This document shows positions 33,877 to 44,804 of a stretch of 58,057 nucleotides of DNA, one piece after another (positions within the stretch are counted from its first letter, which is position 1; each line of letters begins with the position of its first letter). The DNA is from a virus (taxonomy: Duplodnaviria; Caudoviricetes): the IMG/VR virus record IMGVR_UViG_3300030103_002567, positions 1 through 58,057 of that record; one strand, given 5' to 3'. Made by a program: the position numbers and the translations under genes. The notes under the pieces are model-generated. The model saw only the letters and a program-made list of their open reading frames with translations, was not told the origin of the DNA and did not search any database.

Positions 33877-36800
33877 TAGAAAAGAACTCAATATTTGAAA
33901 ATGAAATGTTCCCTGGGGATGATGTTGTGCCTGGTGATGAAACCACAGGAGGGGAAACAGGGGGTGAAGTAAATATTTCTGTAGCAATGGAGTCGGTAGC
34001 TCCTATGGGGCGAGTTGGCTTGCCTAACGATATATCTGGGCTACCAGACTCAAGTAAACTAATACTTGTTGGTGAGCAGATTCCATTCTATGACGGAGAG
34101 CTGGCCAAAAATCTCATATTTGGGAACGTAGGCTTAGAAGACTTAACAAGTAGAGATGTTAATATATCAGTAGCCACAGAGGAGGGTCTACTTTCGGGTG
34201 AAACTAAAGACATAAAAATACCCGCCAGTGAATGGGGTCCTACAATGCAGACCACTATCAATGCCGCTTCTGAAGCAACGGGAATACCTGTGGGTGTTTT
34301 CACAAGAAATTTAGGGCTAGAGGGGGGAGCTAAATCAGCAACTACTGAGGGTGTAAATGTAATGACATACAACAAGGATGACATCAATTCTATGTACGTG
34401 TCGTTGCCAGACCCTATCACTGCAACAATAGCGGCTCAAAATGCCAATAACCTGATTCAAACTTCTTTTGGAGAAGGTCAGGAGTTCAAGGTATACCCTT
34501 CCGTATCAAGGGGGTTTAGCGGAGAGCAGATAATGTCAAAAACATCTGAAGAGATGTTCAACGACCTTTACACCTTTATGCCATTCATGCCAAACAATCA
34601 GAAGCAGGAGGTGATAGATATGTTTTTGCAGGCTTCAGACACTGACAAGATAACCATATATAAAGAGCTATTTAGTCTGGAGTCATATAGCGAGACTACA
34701 GACATGTATGAGAGTCTTGACGACTTTGCTTATCCACTTCACAGCGCTGTTGTCGAAGCGGGTGTAAGGTTTGACCAGCAAATGTCTACCGAGCTAAACA
34801 CCATGAAGGGGGCAATAGAAAAGGGCCTTCCAGTAAATGAGAAAAGCCTATTGTACAACATATATGGCATGTACGATTTTGAGCCCATTCTCCCTCCCGA
34901 CCAAGTATCTCAAGGGCTAGACCCTGAGAGTGCAGGGTATCCTACTCAGCCCATGCTTATTCCAGACCAAGAGGCGGGAACTACCCCTACTGGGCAACCT
35001 GGGCAGGTAACTAAGGAGGAGGTGAAGGAAATGGTTGTTAGACCAGAATCTGCTCAAGAGCAAGGTTCGGGCACCCCATCTTTTTTACCTAAAGACCTCA
35101 ATGGGTATTCGATAGATGAGGTTGAATATATGAAGGCCAGAAGGGAGTTCATATCTGACTTTCTTACTCCAATGTACGGAGAGCAGTGGAGGAAAGCATT
35201 TAACAATGAGACTAAGACAATGACCGCTTTGGCTCAGTTAGATAAAGATGCAAAGGCTTCTGGTAAAACAAGAGAAGAGGTTCTTAATGAGTATGTTGGC
35301 TTTGTTCTACCAAGCATAGACCCTGAGCAATTTGGTGATGGGAAGTCTGCAATTCCAAGTTTCAATGTGCCTGGCTTAAAAAGCTATAGCCCTTCTAGAG
35401 AGTACTATTTAAGAAATCTAGATGAAGGTGTGATTCAGGACCTTAGAAAAAACATGAACATGTACCAAACCTTAGTAACATCTGAGGGGGGTATATTCAG
35501 AAAGAGAGACCTATCAACTGACGAGGCTTATGAATTAGCCAAGTCAACCACAGCGGGGATACAGGGTTTTGATATAAATGAAGATGGAGTAGTTGAAGAC
35601 AGTGAGATAAGAGTAGCGATATCATCCTACCAAGATGCTTATGTCAGTGAGCTAAACTACTTAAAGTTTCAAATAGAGAACAACACCAACTTAGCGATAG
35701 CATCGGTTGTCATGACTGATAACGTAGACCTGGTTGACAAGGGGCTTTTAGTACCGTTGGAAGTTGGGGGTGTTAAGTACAATGTAACTCCAAGGCAATT
35801 GCAGATGTTTGGCTACTTTAGTCAGCAAGCAGACAATTACTCAAAAAGACTATTAACGATAGGAGATGTTCCTGGTGGGAACATTATGACCGACCTAATG
35901 AATATCAGGTACAAAGACCAGATGGCGTTGGACGAATGGGCAAGAGAGAACCCTGCCTTAGCTTTATTTTCTTTTGCTATGGAGGGTATTACGGCAGGCT
36001 CGTTTGGAACTGTAGGGGGCGCTATGTCAGCAATGAATAGTGGAACGGCTCTACTTGTTGATGTATTAGACTTTTTAACTCTTGACAATATTGACGGGCT
36101 TGAAGGTCTGCGTAATAGCCTTTACGCTGACGCGAAGGGGTTTGCTGACCTTAGTAAAAGAGAGGCTGAGGCAACTCCTTACCAGGGCATGGGTAAATAC
36201 ATGACTAATTATTTCGGGCAATATGCGGCACTAACAGACAAAGCTGGTAATGACCTAGGACTTGTTGTGGATAGTAGAGGGTATTTAGTGGATGCCGAAA
36301 CAGCAGCTGAATGGAGGAATCAATTTAGCGATGAGCAGTACAAGGAGATTTTATCTACTTCTGAGTATGAGAGGTCTGCGGTAGGTATATTCACTACAGG
36401 CCTTAGAACAGGTACAGAAATAGCAATGGCTATTGGCATACCTACAGCAACGTATCCTATAATATTTAGCCAGTCCTACGGAAGAACATATGGTGAGCTT
36501 ATTGACATGGGTGTAACTGAGAATGCCGCAGCCGCTACAGCAATATTTACCTCTCTTCTTACGGTGGGTAGTGCCAAAGTGTTAGGGGTTGAGGGTCTCA
36601 TAAAAGGAGACAATTTAATTGCCAAAGGGGTGCAAAAAGTATTAGGCCAATATGGTGACGATGTCATAGCTAACATCAACAGGCTTGATGCTAAAACAAT
36701 AGCAGGAATAAGCACAGAAATAATGGCTCACTATGGTATAAGCGTTACTGCTGAAACTACACAGGAGCTTTTTGACCAAATACAAAAGAATTTTGCTAAG

Positions 36801-39800
36801 TTCTTACTGACTGGAGAGGGAGATATTTTAGTAGATTCAGAGCAAGCGCTTGACATTACAATCCTATCCACCATTTTTGGCGCAGGGGGTGCTAAATTAA
36901 CGCAACCAGACAGGAGTAATGTATTCTATGATTACTTTGTGTCTTTGGCTAAAACACCCAACAAGCTGCAGTCGTTACTAGAAAGAGGGGTTCAAGAAGG
37001 GAGTATAACTCAAGAGCAGGCAAATGTCGCCATGATTGATGCCGAGAATGTTATTAAGTCAGGCAAGGGACTTGAGTTTGTTCAGACAGATGTTAGATAT
37101 GAGCTTATTCTTTCTCAGATGCAGATTAACAATGATATGGCTGAAGTGGCTAAGATGGAAGACTCTGAGCTGAAAAATGAAAAGATGGCTGAGCTTGAAC
37201 AAGCTCAAGAGAATCTTAACGAAAGAAAAGCGGATGCTTTAGAGTATAACACTCTAAGAGAGTACACTTTTGACGACCCTAGCATCTTGCCGTCTACTAT
37301 TTCTGACCGTGCCACAAAGGTGAACGAGGACGGGTCTGTAACAGTGGTGGCCACCTTAGCAGAGATATTCTTTAATCAAGGCAACCAAATAAACTTAACT
37401 GTTAAGTCTCCTAGACAAAGTGATATGGAGATTGCAGAAGGAGCTGAAGCTGCTCGTTCGTATACTGCAAGAAGCAGTACAGGTGCTAAAATTGAGGTTG
37501 AGGGTGGTAACGCCAAGGTGACTGTTCAGGAGAGCCTAAGAGTAGAGGGTGGTGCAATAGTTGATGTGTACAACAAGGATGATAAACTAATATTTACGGT
37601 CAAGGCTGATGCTGATGGGGTGGCGAACATTCCTCTGGAGACGCTTAATGACGGGTCATATTCTGTTCGTGTTGTTGGACAATACGACCTAGACCTTAAA
37701 ATTCTTGAAGATATAGCTGAGGATGTTAAAACCGATGTTGTGCCTCAAGGTAAAACAGAGGCTCAAATAGCGTCAGACTATCAGGCTGCATCGAATCAAA
37801 GAGCTGTTGATATGGCATCTGCCACAGGAGTGCCTGTAGTGGAGCTTACCGATGCGGAGTACAATACTATAGTTCCAGCTATGATGGCTGAGCAGGGAGT
37901 AGATGCTCCTACAAAATACAAGCCAGAAGAGACATCTGCTATGGTTATAGGTGGGACAATATATATCAATGAAAATAAGCTCCCTTCAATGCCTACAGCA
38001 AGACTGATGGAGGAGTTTGCTCACTATGCTTTGACAACTGGTAATGCTTTGACGGGGGCCGATGGCAATCCCGTGAGTGTGAATTTTGATGGTCTGATTG
38101 ATATTCTTAGCGGAGACCCTGCGTTTGATAATATAATGTCACCAGAAAATGTTCAGCGAATTCAAGAGCTGTATGACGAGGGTAATGTTTCTAGTGAAAC
38201 AATAGCTGCATTTTTAGGAGACCTAGCGACATCTTTTGAGACGCTTAGCACAGAGACAAAGTCAACAGTCTTTAGTAAGCTTATAAAACCATTTAGGGAT
38301 TTAGTATCTCCTAATACCACCACTGTGGGAGTGGATGGGAGTATAGAAATTAAGGACGACTCAGCTATCCCTATAAGAACTGATGAAGACATAAAAGGCG
38401 CTATTCAGAATATAGCAGACATGATAAGCAATGGTGGCATTATACCAGCTGCTGATTTTGCTGCAGAGACGCTACCGACTACAGAAGGGACAGGCCCTCA
38501 GGCTGATGCCAGTATCGACAATACAGGAAGGCTTAACAATGAGATAAACCAAGGTAGAATCAATTCTGAAAACATAGATGAGATTCAGAATGCACTATCT
38601 GAAGACTTAAGAGATAGCAGTGATTTAACTACTCTTAGAGAGAATTTCGCAGCTGATGCCCTAAGAGACCCTGCAAATGTTGACACATACTTCGAGGCAT
38701 ATAAAGAAAGCAAGGCAGGGATTGAGGCGGAGCAAGATGCTGTCGCTACCCCTGAAGAAAGAGCAGAGGCTTCAAGGAACGCAGACATAGCTCTGGCTAA
38801 TCTTAAGGATGGCAATGTTCAGGGGGCAATCGAGGCCGCCAACGAGGCTCTAGATTTAAACCCCAATAGTGCCAATGGACAGGCGATGCTAGATATTGGT
38901 ACAGCTGCTGTCATAAGGGATATGCAAGACAACGGAGCTAGCAACAGTGAGATAGCAGAAGAGCTTTCAAATCCAAAGTATGACAGGTCAGACGTTGCTA
39001 AAAGAGCGATAGATGAAATGTCTGGTAAAGCATCCGATACGACTCCTCAGGATACTGACCAAGAGGCAATGCCTGAGCAGGAGCCTCAACAACCTGAGCA
39101 GGACCCTGAACAGTTTGAGGAGACTCCTGAACCAGCAGGCGATGTTTCTGTGCTTAGAACTAGAGAGTTGCTAGCCCAGCTAAACAACCCTGAGTTCTTG
39201 GATAATATATCTAATCCTATTACAAAGCAGTTTTTGATGGATGTCATAAGGGACTTCACTAATGTTCCAAATGATAAGCTAGCTCAGATGGGAGAACAAA
39301 GAATGGCTGAGCTAAACGGAGCACTTGCTCAAGCACTAGATGGGGATTTCCACCCTATATACGGCACACACATATCATCTATGGCATTTATAAGTGCTAA
39401 GCAGATAGAGTCTGTAGTTGATAATCTTCCTAAGCTTACTGCCGACAAGTTGCTTCTTGTAAGAACAGAGCTTGCGACCCTTGTATCGTCAACTACTAAG
39501 CAGATAATGGGCGCGAACGATGCCAATCAGATGCTAGACAAGATGAGGCGAATGCGTGCTACATTGATTGATATAGCTGTTGGTAACGGAGGCAAGACAG
39601 ACTTCAAAGATGCGTTCATCCAGCCTTTTATAACGAGCACCTCAAAATTCTTAGAGAACTACTACAGAATGAGAGACGATGCTGAGGCGGCTATGAAGCC
39701 TATCTTAAGACGCAAAGGGGCTTGGAGTCTTTTATCTAGCAACAAAGAGGTAATGTCAAGAATGAGAATTATGCTTTCTCTTCTTCAGCAAGAATACTTG

Positions 39801-42800
39801 GCAAACCCAGAATCAAAACAAGTTGCAACAGCACTTGAGTATGTTGAGTCTACTATAGAAAACTTCGGAGATAACGCTAGGTTAAACAAACACGACTTGA
39901 GACTTCTGCAGAAGTTAAGAGATGAGCTCAAGACAACAGAAAACAGGACAGGGGTGTTTGATACTGATGCCACTTTTGAGCAACAGCTTTCAGAATTCCT
40001 GAACAAAAAAGAGATGGAGGCTTTCCTTGGAATGTCTGAGCAGTTCAATAAGCTTGGCGACTATCATGACTTCATCAGTACGGTTATTGAGGGTGAAGCG
40101 CCAGGCGGATTTGTTTCTTATGTTCATCACAGTGCTTTGATTAACCCTAAGCCTGAGCTAAGTAACGATGCTTCTGGCAGGATGCAGGAGATTTATAACA
40201 ACTCTGCGCCTAAGCAAGCTAAGGCAGAGATGGAAAGAACCGAGGGAACGCCTAGTTTAATATTTGACCCGCTATACTCTTTTGGGGTGGCATCAAAAGA
40301 ATTGGCAGCCTATGCATTTATGCATTCTGCTGTAGAAAGAAACAACCAAATACAAAATCAGTTCAACAAAGATGGGTATGGAACTGATGGTATTATTCGC
40401 TCCGTCAAGCAGTATATGAATTCATATGTCAATACTGTTCTTAACAAGGTGTCAGCCGCTGACATGACTACTGGCCCACTATCTAATCTGAAAGCCATAG
40501 CATACAGAGGAGCACTAACAAACGTTAATAGGGGGGCTGACTTTGTAGGTAACGCTGCCCTCGGACTTATTTATGCCGACGTTGCGTTAAGTGGCGCTAG
40601 GCATCATGCAGTAATTAGGTCCTCAAATGGCATGAGCATGGAGAACGTATTGCTGAACATACAGTCTGGTATGATGGAGAGGTTGCTAGGTAGAACAAGT
40701 ACAGGTACTACAAGGGGGCAATACGGAAATAAGCTTTCTAATGACATTTTGAATGCTCAGTCTGGATATAGAAACATTATGGAGACTATCCTAAAGATTG
40801 GGACTTCTCCTCTTAGAATAGGTTCAGACGTAATAGGAAAGGTAGCTGACAGGATTATTACCGCTCCAGAGGACTCAATGAAGTATAGCTTATACCTTGG
40901 GTCTTTTGCTAAGGAGTTTAAAAAGCTTACTGGGGAATCACCAGATTTTGCTAGAATATCTGCAAACGACACGGAGTACATGACCGAGTACGCCAGCGCC
41001 ATTGAGCAGTCTAGATTAGCGGCTGATGAATTCGGAACTGCATTCATGACTAATATCACATCAATGGCAGACCTCCGATTAAGAACATCTGCTATAGATG
41101 AGACATTAAAGAATGGAGGTCCGTTGGCTCAGGCTTACGCTAAGATGGCAGACAGTGAAGCATTCAGAGGGATTATGTATGTGTTTAGCTCATTCCAAAT
41201 GAATGATGCTGACACTCAAAGGAAAGCTCTTTCAGATATGGTGAGAGATGGTAAGGTGAGTCCATTCGATGCTGCAAGATTATATGCAGCTGTGCACGGA
41301 AGACAAATAGCTTACTACTCATCAATACCGTTTTTCCAGTCAATGTTGAGAGACCTATATGATGATGAGGATAGAATCCCTAGTCGTGATGAGGTCTTAG
41401 GGATTGGTCCAGGTGGTGGAGATAGATACTGGTGGAGAAGCGGAGACCTTGATGTCTACTATGACGAAGCAAAGAATGGGCTTGAAAGAGGACTGTTTAG
41501 CTCTTTAGGTATATTTGATGCCAACGGGCTTACTGCTCAATTTGGTAGCTTGGCCTATGAGAAGACCATGGGGTGGATGGGATTCGGAGATGTAGAGACG
41601 GGTCTTGAATATACTGATAGACTTGGATACGCAAATCAAATATTAAGGTCAATGATGTTTGATGGAGCTGGTAATGAGTTCAAGAATACAGGAGACTTTT
41701 TCACGTCAGCCGTATCCTTGATGTCTGGCCCATACGGATACTTTACAAATATGATGACTCAAGGGATAGATGCTTACTATCATATAAAAGAAATTGGCAA
41801 GAATAGAGATGTAAGTGATGCTCAGCAAAACAGAGACCTAGAGATGTACACTAGGCAGCTTAATCAAGCTACGGCATTTTTCTCAGGCGGCATTGTTGAA
41901 TATGATACTCCTGAGGGCGGATACAAGGCTGAGTTTTCATTCGGTAACCCGTTCGATATAAGCAATGGATACATAGGATTCCCTGGTGGCATAACTCTTT
42001 TTAATACCAACCAGAGACAATACTTTAGAGACCTAACGTCTCAGGAGTTCTACGAACAGTACGACTATCAACAAGACTTTGTATCAAATCTTTATCGTTT
42101 TCAAAACACGCTCAATGATGAGCCAGTAATTAGCTACAGGGAACAGATTAAAAGAGATTACGCTGATGAGAGCCAAGCCATGGGGAAAACAACCATAACT
42201 AGAGGGTACTTGGTTGACGATAATATAGACTACAGATATACTTCAGAAATAAAGCTAGACCCCGAAGTTTATGATGAAGAGGCGGCAATAGCTTTTGCTG
42301 AAAGAGAAGGTGCTGTTTGGAATGCAGAATCGTACTCTTTATATACCAAATCAAAAGCTCAAAGTAAAGAGTTAAGGGATGCTATTAAAAATAACTATGT
42401 TCAAGAGCTACCACCACCCAAAACAAAAGGTGCTCACTGGTATGATATTGTTGAGGGAAGATGGTCGGGCCAAAACGGAGTGGCTGTTCAAAGAAACCTT
42501 GCTTTTAACGAGAACAAATCGAACATCGTAAACGCTGATGGCTCAACTAGGGAAGGGGTGTACTATAGGGAATATATTCAGCCGTTTGCCGACGTGGCAT
42601 ATACCCACTTTGCTCCAGCTCAGACTTATATAGTTAACGGCCCGCACGGAGGAGTTCCTGAAGACTCAAAGGGAAATCCCATACTTACTCAAAGAAGCTC
42701 TTATGCTGCCACTGTGCCAGTATACTTTACTTACGAGCAGCTTAACGCACTGAAGCTAGAGGAGTGGAACTTCTACAATGAACTAGACGGCAGATACACT

Positions 42801-43271
42801 ATGACTGTCGGAGAGGTTAAGAGCCTTTGGACGGACAGCAAAGTTCTAAATAGTGTCAATAAGCAGAAGCCTGTGTCTGACTATGGCTCTAGCCTTCTTA
42901 ACTACTCTGATGAGCACTTTAACACGGCTCTTGAGGACTTAGGGAATACATCTCTAGCGATGCCCGCCTTGCTACAGAACAAGGCTGACAATGAAACATT
43001 AACCATGGATGAGGTAAAGTCCCTAACGCCATATGGCTATATGCTTCATGACTATGCCGATACGGAAAGTGCTGAAGTTAGAGCTGATGGTGAGCTTAGT
43101 CTTGAAATGTACGAGTTCCTTTACGGAGACCCTGATAGAGGAGAAGACTTCTGGAAGAGCCCTCACTCAAACCTAACTGAGCTTGGAACTTTCTCAGGAG
43201 AATGGAATGAGTTAGTGCCACCTGTAGCTCCTTATGTAGGCCAACACAGTATCGGAAATACCTTAGACTAA
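33873..43271 (+). CDS. Giant multidomain (polyvalent) putative ejection protein (3132 aa)
   Basis: Last gene of the virion arm; EF-hand-like loop, Ig-like segment, IYIN...EEFAH zincin-like motif, TPR-like repeat, hydrophobic segments. Confidence 0.75.
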   Translation: MIEKNSIFENEMFPGDDVVPGDETTGGETGGEVNISVAMESVAPMGRVGLPNDISGLPDSSKLILVGEQIPFYDGELAKNLIFGNVGLEDLTSRDVNISVATEEGLLSGETKDIKIPASEWGPTMQTTINAASEATGIPVGVFTRNLGLEGGAKSATTEGVNVMTYNKDDINSMYVSLPDPITATIAAQNANNLIQTSFGEGQEFKVYPSVSRGFSGEQIMSKTSEEMFNDLYTFMPFMPNNQKQEVIDMFLQASDTDKITIYKELFSLESYSETTDMYESLDDFAYPLHSAVVEAGVRFDQQMSTELNTMKGAIEKGLPVNEKSLLYNIYGMYDFEPILPPDQVSQGLDPESAGYPTQPMLIPDQEAGTTPTGQPGQVTKEEVKEMVVRPESAQEQGSGTPSFLPKDLNGYSIDEVEYMKARREFISDFLTPMYGEQWRKAFNNETKTMTALAQLDKDAKASGKTREEVLNEYVGFVLPSIDPEQFGDGKSAIPSFNVPGLKSYSPSREYYLRNLDEGVIQDLRKNMNMYQTLVTSEGGIFRKRDLSTDEAYELAKSTTAGIQGFDINEDGVVEDSEIRVAISSYQDAYVSELNYLKFQIENNTNLAIASVVMTDNVDLVDKGLLVPLEVGGVKYNVTPRQLQMFGYFSQQADNYSKRLLTIGDVPGGNIMTDLMNIRYKDQMALDEWARENPALALFSFAMEGITAGSFGTVGGAMSAMNSGTALLVDVLDFLTLDNIDGLEGLRNSLYADAKGFADLSKREAEATPYQGMGKYMTNYFGQYAALTDKAGNDLGLVVDSRGYLVDAETAAEWRNQFSDEQYKEILSTSEYERSAVGIFTTGLRTGTEIAMAIGIPTATYPIIFSQSYGRTYGELIDMGVTENAAAATAIFTSLLTVGSAKVLGVEGLIKGDNLIAKGVQKVLGQYGDDVIANINRLDAKTIAGISTEIMAHYGISVTAETTQELFDQIQKNFAKFLLTGEGDILVDSEQALDITILSTIFGAGGAKLTQPDRSNVFYDYFVSLAKTPNKLQSLLERGVQEGSITQEQANVAMIDAENVIKSGKGLEFVQTDVRYELILSQMQINNDMAEVAKMEDSELKNEKMAELEQAQENLNERKADALEYNTLREYTFDDPSILPSTISDRATKVNEDGSVTVVATLAEIFFNQGNQINLTVKSPRQSDMEIAEGAEAARSYTARSSTGAKIEVEGGNAKVTVQESLRVEGGAIVDVYNKDDKLIFTVKADADGVANIPLETLNDGSYSVRVVGQYDLDLKILEDIAEDVKTDVVPQGKTEAQIASDYQAASNQRAVDMASATGVPVVELTDAEYNTIVPAMMAEQGVDAPTKYKPEETSAMVIGGTIYINENKLPSMPTARLMEEFAHYALTTGNALTGADGNPVSVNFDGLIDILSGDPAFDNIMSPENVQRIQELYDEGNVSSETIAAFLGDLATSFETLSTETKSTVFSKLIKPFRDLVSPNTTTVGVDGSIEIKDDSAIPIRTDEDIKGAIQNIADMISNGGIIPAADFAAETLPTTEGTGPQADASIDNTGRLNNEINQGRINSENIDEIQNALSEDLRDSSDLTTLRENFAADALRDPANVDTYFEAYKESKAGIEAEQDAVATPEERAEASRNADIALANLKDGNVQGAIEAANEALDLNPNSANGQAMLDIGTAAVIRDMQDNGASNSEIAEELSNPKYDRSDVAKRAIDEMSGKASDTTPQDTDQEAMPEQEPQQPEQDPEQFEETPEPAGDVSVLRTRELLAQLNNPEFLDNISNPITKQFLMDVIRDFTNVPNDKLAQMGEQRMAELNGALAQALDGDFHPIYGTHISSMAFISAKQIESVVDNLPKLTADKLLLVRTELATLVSSTTKQIMGANDANQMLDKMRRMRATLIDIAVGNGGKTDFKDAFIQPFITSTSKFLENYYRMRDDAEAAMKPILRRKGAWSLLSSNKEVMSRMRIMLSLLQQEYLANPESKQVATALEYVESTIENFGDNARLNKHDLRLLQKLRDELKTTENRTGVFDTDATFEQQLSEFLNKKEMEAFLGMSEQFNKLGDYHDFISTVIEGEAPGGFVSYVHHSALINPKPELSNDASGRMQEIYNNSAPKQAKAEMERTEGTPSLIFDPLYSFGVASKELAAYAFMHSAVERNNQIQNQFNKDGYGTDGIIRSVKQYMNSYVNTVLNKVSAADMTTGPLSNLKAIAYRGALTNVNRGADFVGNAALGLIYADVALSGARHHAVIRSSNGMSMENVLLNIQSGMMERLLGRTSTGTTRGQYGNKLSNDILNAQSGYRNIMETILKIGTSPLRIGSDVIGKVADRIITAPEDSMKYSLYLGSFAKEFKKLTGESPDFARISANDTEYMTEYASAIEQSRLAADEFGTAFMTNITSMADLRLRTSAIDETLKNGGPLAQAYAKMADSEAFRGIMYVFSSFQMNDADTQRKALSDMVRDGKVSPFDAARLYAAVHGRQIAYYSSIPFFQSMLRDLYDDEDRIPSRDEVLGIGPGGGDRYWWRSGDLDVYYDEAKNGLERGLFSSLGIFDANGLTAQFGSLAYEKTMGWMGFGDVETGLEYTDRLGYANQILRSMMFDGAGNEFKNTGDFFTSAVSLMSGPYGYFTNMMTQGIDAYYHIKEIGKNRDVSDAQQNRDLEMYTRQLNQATAFFSGGIVEYDTPEGGYKAEFSFGNPFDISNGYIGFPGGITLFNTNQRQYFRDLTSQEFYEQYDYQQDFVSNLYRFQNTLNDEPVISYREQIKRDYADESQAMGKTTITRGYLVDDNIDYRYTSEIKLDPEVYDEEAAIAFAEREGAVWNAESYSLYTKSKAQSKELRDAIKNNYVQELPPPKTKGAHWYDIVEGRWSGQNGVAVQRNLAFNENKSNIVNADGSTREGVYYREYIQPFADVAYTHFAPAQTYIVNGPHGGVPEDSKGNPILTQRSSYAATVPVYFTYEQLNALKLEEWNFYNELDGRYTMTVGEVKSLWTDSKVLNSVNKQKPVSDYGSSLLNYSDEHFNTALEDLGNTSLAMPALLQNKADNETLTMDEVKSLTPYGYMLHDYADTESAEVRADGELSLEMYEFLYGDPDRGEDFWKSPHSNLTELGTFSGEWNELVPPVAPYVGQHSIGNTLD

Positions 43272-43984
43272 TCACCCATCATAACATTGATGGCAGTGTG
43301 CCCTCCAATGACAACGCCACAGGCGATGGCAGGCTTCTTATAGTTGCGAGCATAGGCTTGGGAATAACTTTCCCTATCTATGCCACATCCCACCTGCATA
43401 GCGAAAATATTTTTATCCTGACCACACATATGCTCGACATAGCACTGTGTATGTATATGCCCTTGTACGCAACTAATCATATCGTTCTTCACCCTAGTAC
43501 GGGCGGTTCCTCCCTCCCCGTGCACGTATTGTACGCCATCAATTACAAATCGTGGCTGCCAATCCCAGTTAGTGCCAAGCACTTCATTGTAGGATTTAAT
43601 CCAAGCCTTGGGTATGTTAGATGAGAAGGCCTTGCGGGCTATGAGCCTGTCATGGTTGCCCACACAAACCGTCGCCTTCTTAAACGCCTTGCTCCACTGC
43701 TGAACTTTCTCTATCGCAAAGTCAAGCTCCATCCCACCTGATAGACCATTGGGGTCTGTCTCATGGTATGAGGCATAGTGATTATCGATGATGTCCCCGC
43801 AGAAGTGGACTGCGTTGCAGTTAAATTTTTGATAAGTCTCTACACAGAAGTCAAGGTATCCTGGTAGACAGAAAGGTTCATGGATATCGCCCACGATTAG
43901 CAAACGCTTCTCGTTACTTGTAAGGTTGTTATAGGCGGCTAACTTTTGCCCCCTAAGTCTAGGTCTAACTTCAGTCATTTTCAA
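43268..43984 (-). CDS. Calcineurin-like metallophosphoesterase
   Basis: GDIHEP, GDIID, GNHD, HG and GHIH motifs. Confidence 0.9.
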   Translation of the reverse strand: MKMTEVRPRLRGQKLAAYNNLTSNEKRLLIVGDIHEPFCLPGYLDFCVETYQKFNCNAVHFCGDIIDNHYASYHETDPNGLSGGMELDFAIEKVQQWSKAFKKATVCVGNHDRLIARKAFSSNIPKAWIKSYNEVLGTNWDWQPRFVIDGVQYVHGEGGTARTRVKNDMISCVQGHIHTQCYVEHMCGQDKNIFAMQVGCGIDRESYSQAYARNYKKPAIACGVVIGGHTAINVMMGD

Positions 43985-44135
43985 TGGATTTCAGTATGTC
44001 GGTAATCTTAGCACAGAGCACCTCAACCGCCTCACAGTCTTCGTCCGCCCAGGCTTCGTACAGCTCGTTGACAAGGTCATGAAGCTCTTCCATCGTTGTC
44101 AATATGTGTAGAAACCTGTGTGCGTGTCGTATCAT
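43971..44135 (-). CDS. Small acidic protein (54 aa, MIRHAHRFLH...)
   Basis: Hand translation; TAATG coupling with 44135..44377. Confidence 0.65.
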   Translation of the reverse strand: MIRHAHRFLHILTTMEELHDLVNELYEAWADEDCEAVEVLCAKITDILKSIEND

Positions 44136-44377
44136 TACTTATCCATTGCCCTAACCATAGTATCGCCTAAAGTTTTGTCCACCCTACCAACGCCCCTGTA
44201 TATTTTCCTGGACGCAACCTTGACGCTTCTGATTTCTTCTTTTGTGGAATCGAGGCCTAGATTTGTATACATGATACAATCCATTTCTAACAGCGCATCT
44301 ATCTTTTGCCTGTCAGACCAAGTCTTATATCCGACTATCTTGTCAATTTTAGACTCTATGTTCTGATTCATTACCAC
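44135..44377 (-). CDS. Hypothetical protein (80 aa)
   Basis: ORF in the co-oriented operon. Confidence 0.7.
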   Translation of the reverse strand: MVMNQNIESKIDKIVGYKTWSDRQKIDALLEMDCIMYTNLGLDSTKEEIRSVKVASRKIYRGVGRVDKTLGDTMVRAMDK

Positions 44378-44804
44378 AATTTATTGACTTATTGTCAAAA
44401 GATTCCAGCAACTTTTCAACAAACACTATTTTTTTGCCTATTGTTGTGAACGATTCTAATGATTCTAGTATACTTATGGCCCTGTTTCTTGAGCTTGTCA
44501 CCTGCTCACTTTGAACTATACTATCTGTATGGCCATAGTCGCTTACATAGGTCTCGTCAGTAGCCAATAAACTTTTGTGTGTTTCCATGCCATGTATCAC
44601 TGTGGCGTGATGCCTATTGAACAGCCTTGCTATCTCAGAAAGATTAGCGCCATACCTGTAGTATAGAATATTATACGACATACATCTGACTCGAACCAGC
44701 TCATGCTTCCTTGTCTTGCTTAATAGACTTTCTACACTAAGATTGTTTACTTCAGCAATCTGATTCCTCACTGCTTCGAATGTCTCTGTCCTGGTCGATT
44801 TCAT
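44349..44804 (-). CDS. DnaA C-terminal (domain IV)-like HTH protein
   Basis: LLSKTRKHELVRVR....Y...ANLSEIARLFNRHHATVIHG matches the Bac_DnaA_C signature. Confidence 0.8.
   Translation of the reverse strand: MKSTRTETFEAVRNQIAEVNNLSVESLLSKTRKHELVRVRCMSYNILYYRYGANLSEIARLFNRHHATVIHGMETHKSLLATDETYVSDYGHTDSIVQSEQVTSSRNRAISILESLESFTTIGKKIVFVEKLLESFDNKSINCGNESEHRV

Noticed and set aside
33873-43271. Virion RNA polymerase as in crAss-like phages
   Set aside because: No DxDxD (DFDID/DFDGD) catalytic motif found by eye; LDGDF and FDINED do not fit. A highly divergent enzyme cannot be fully excluded
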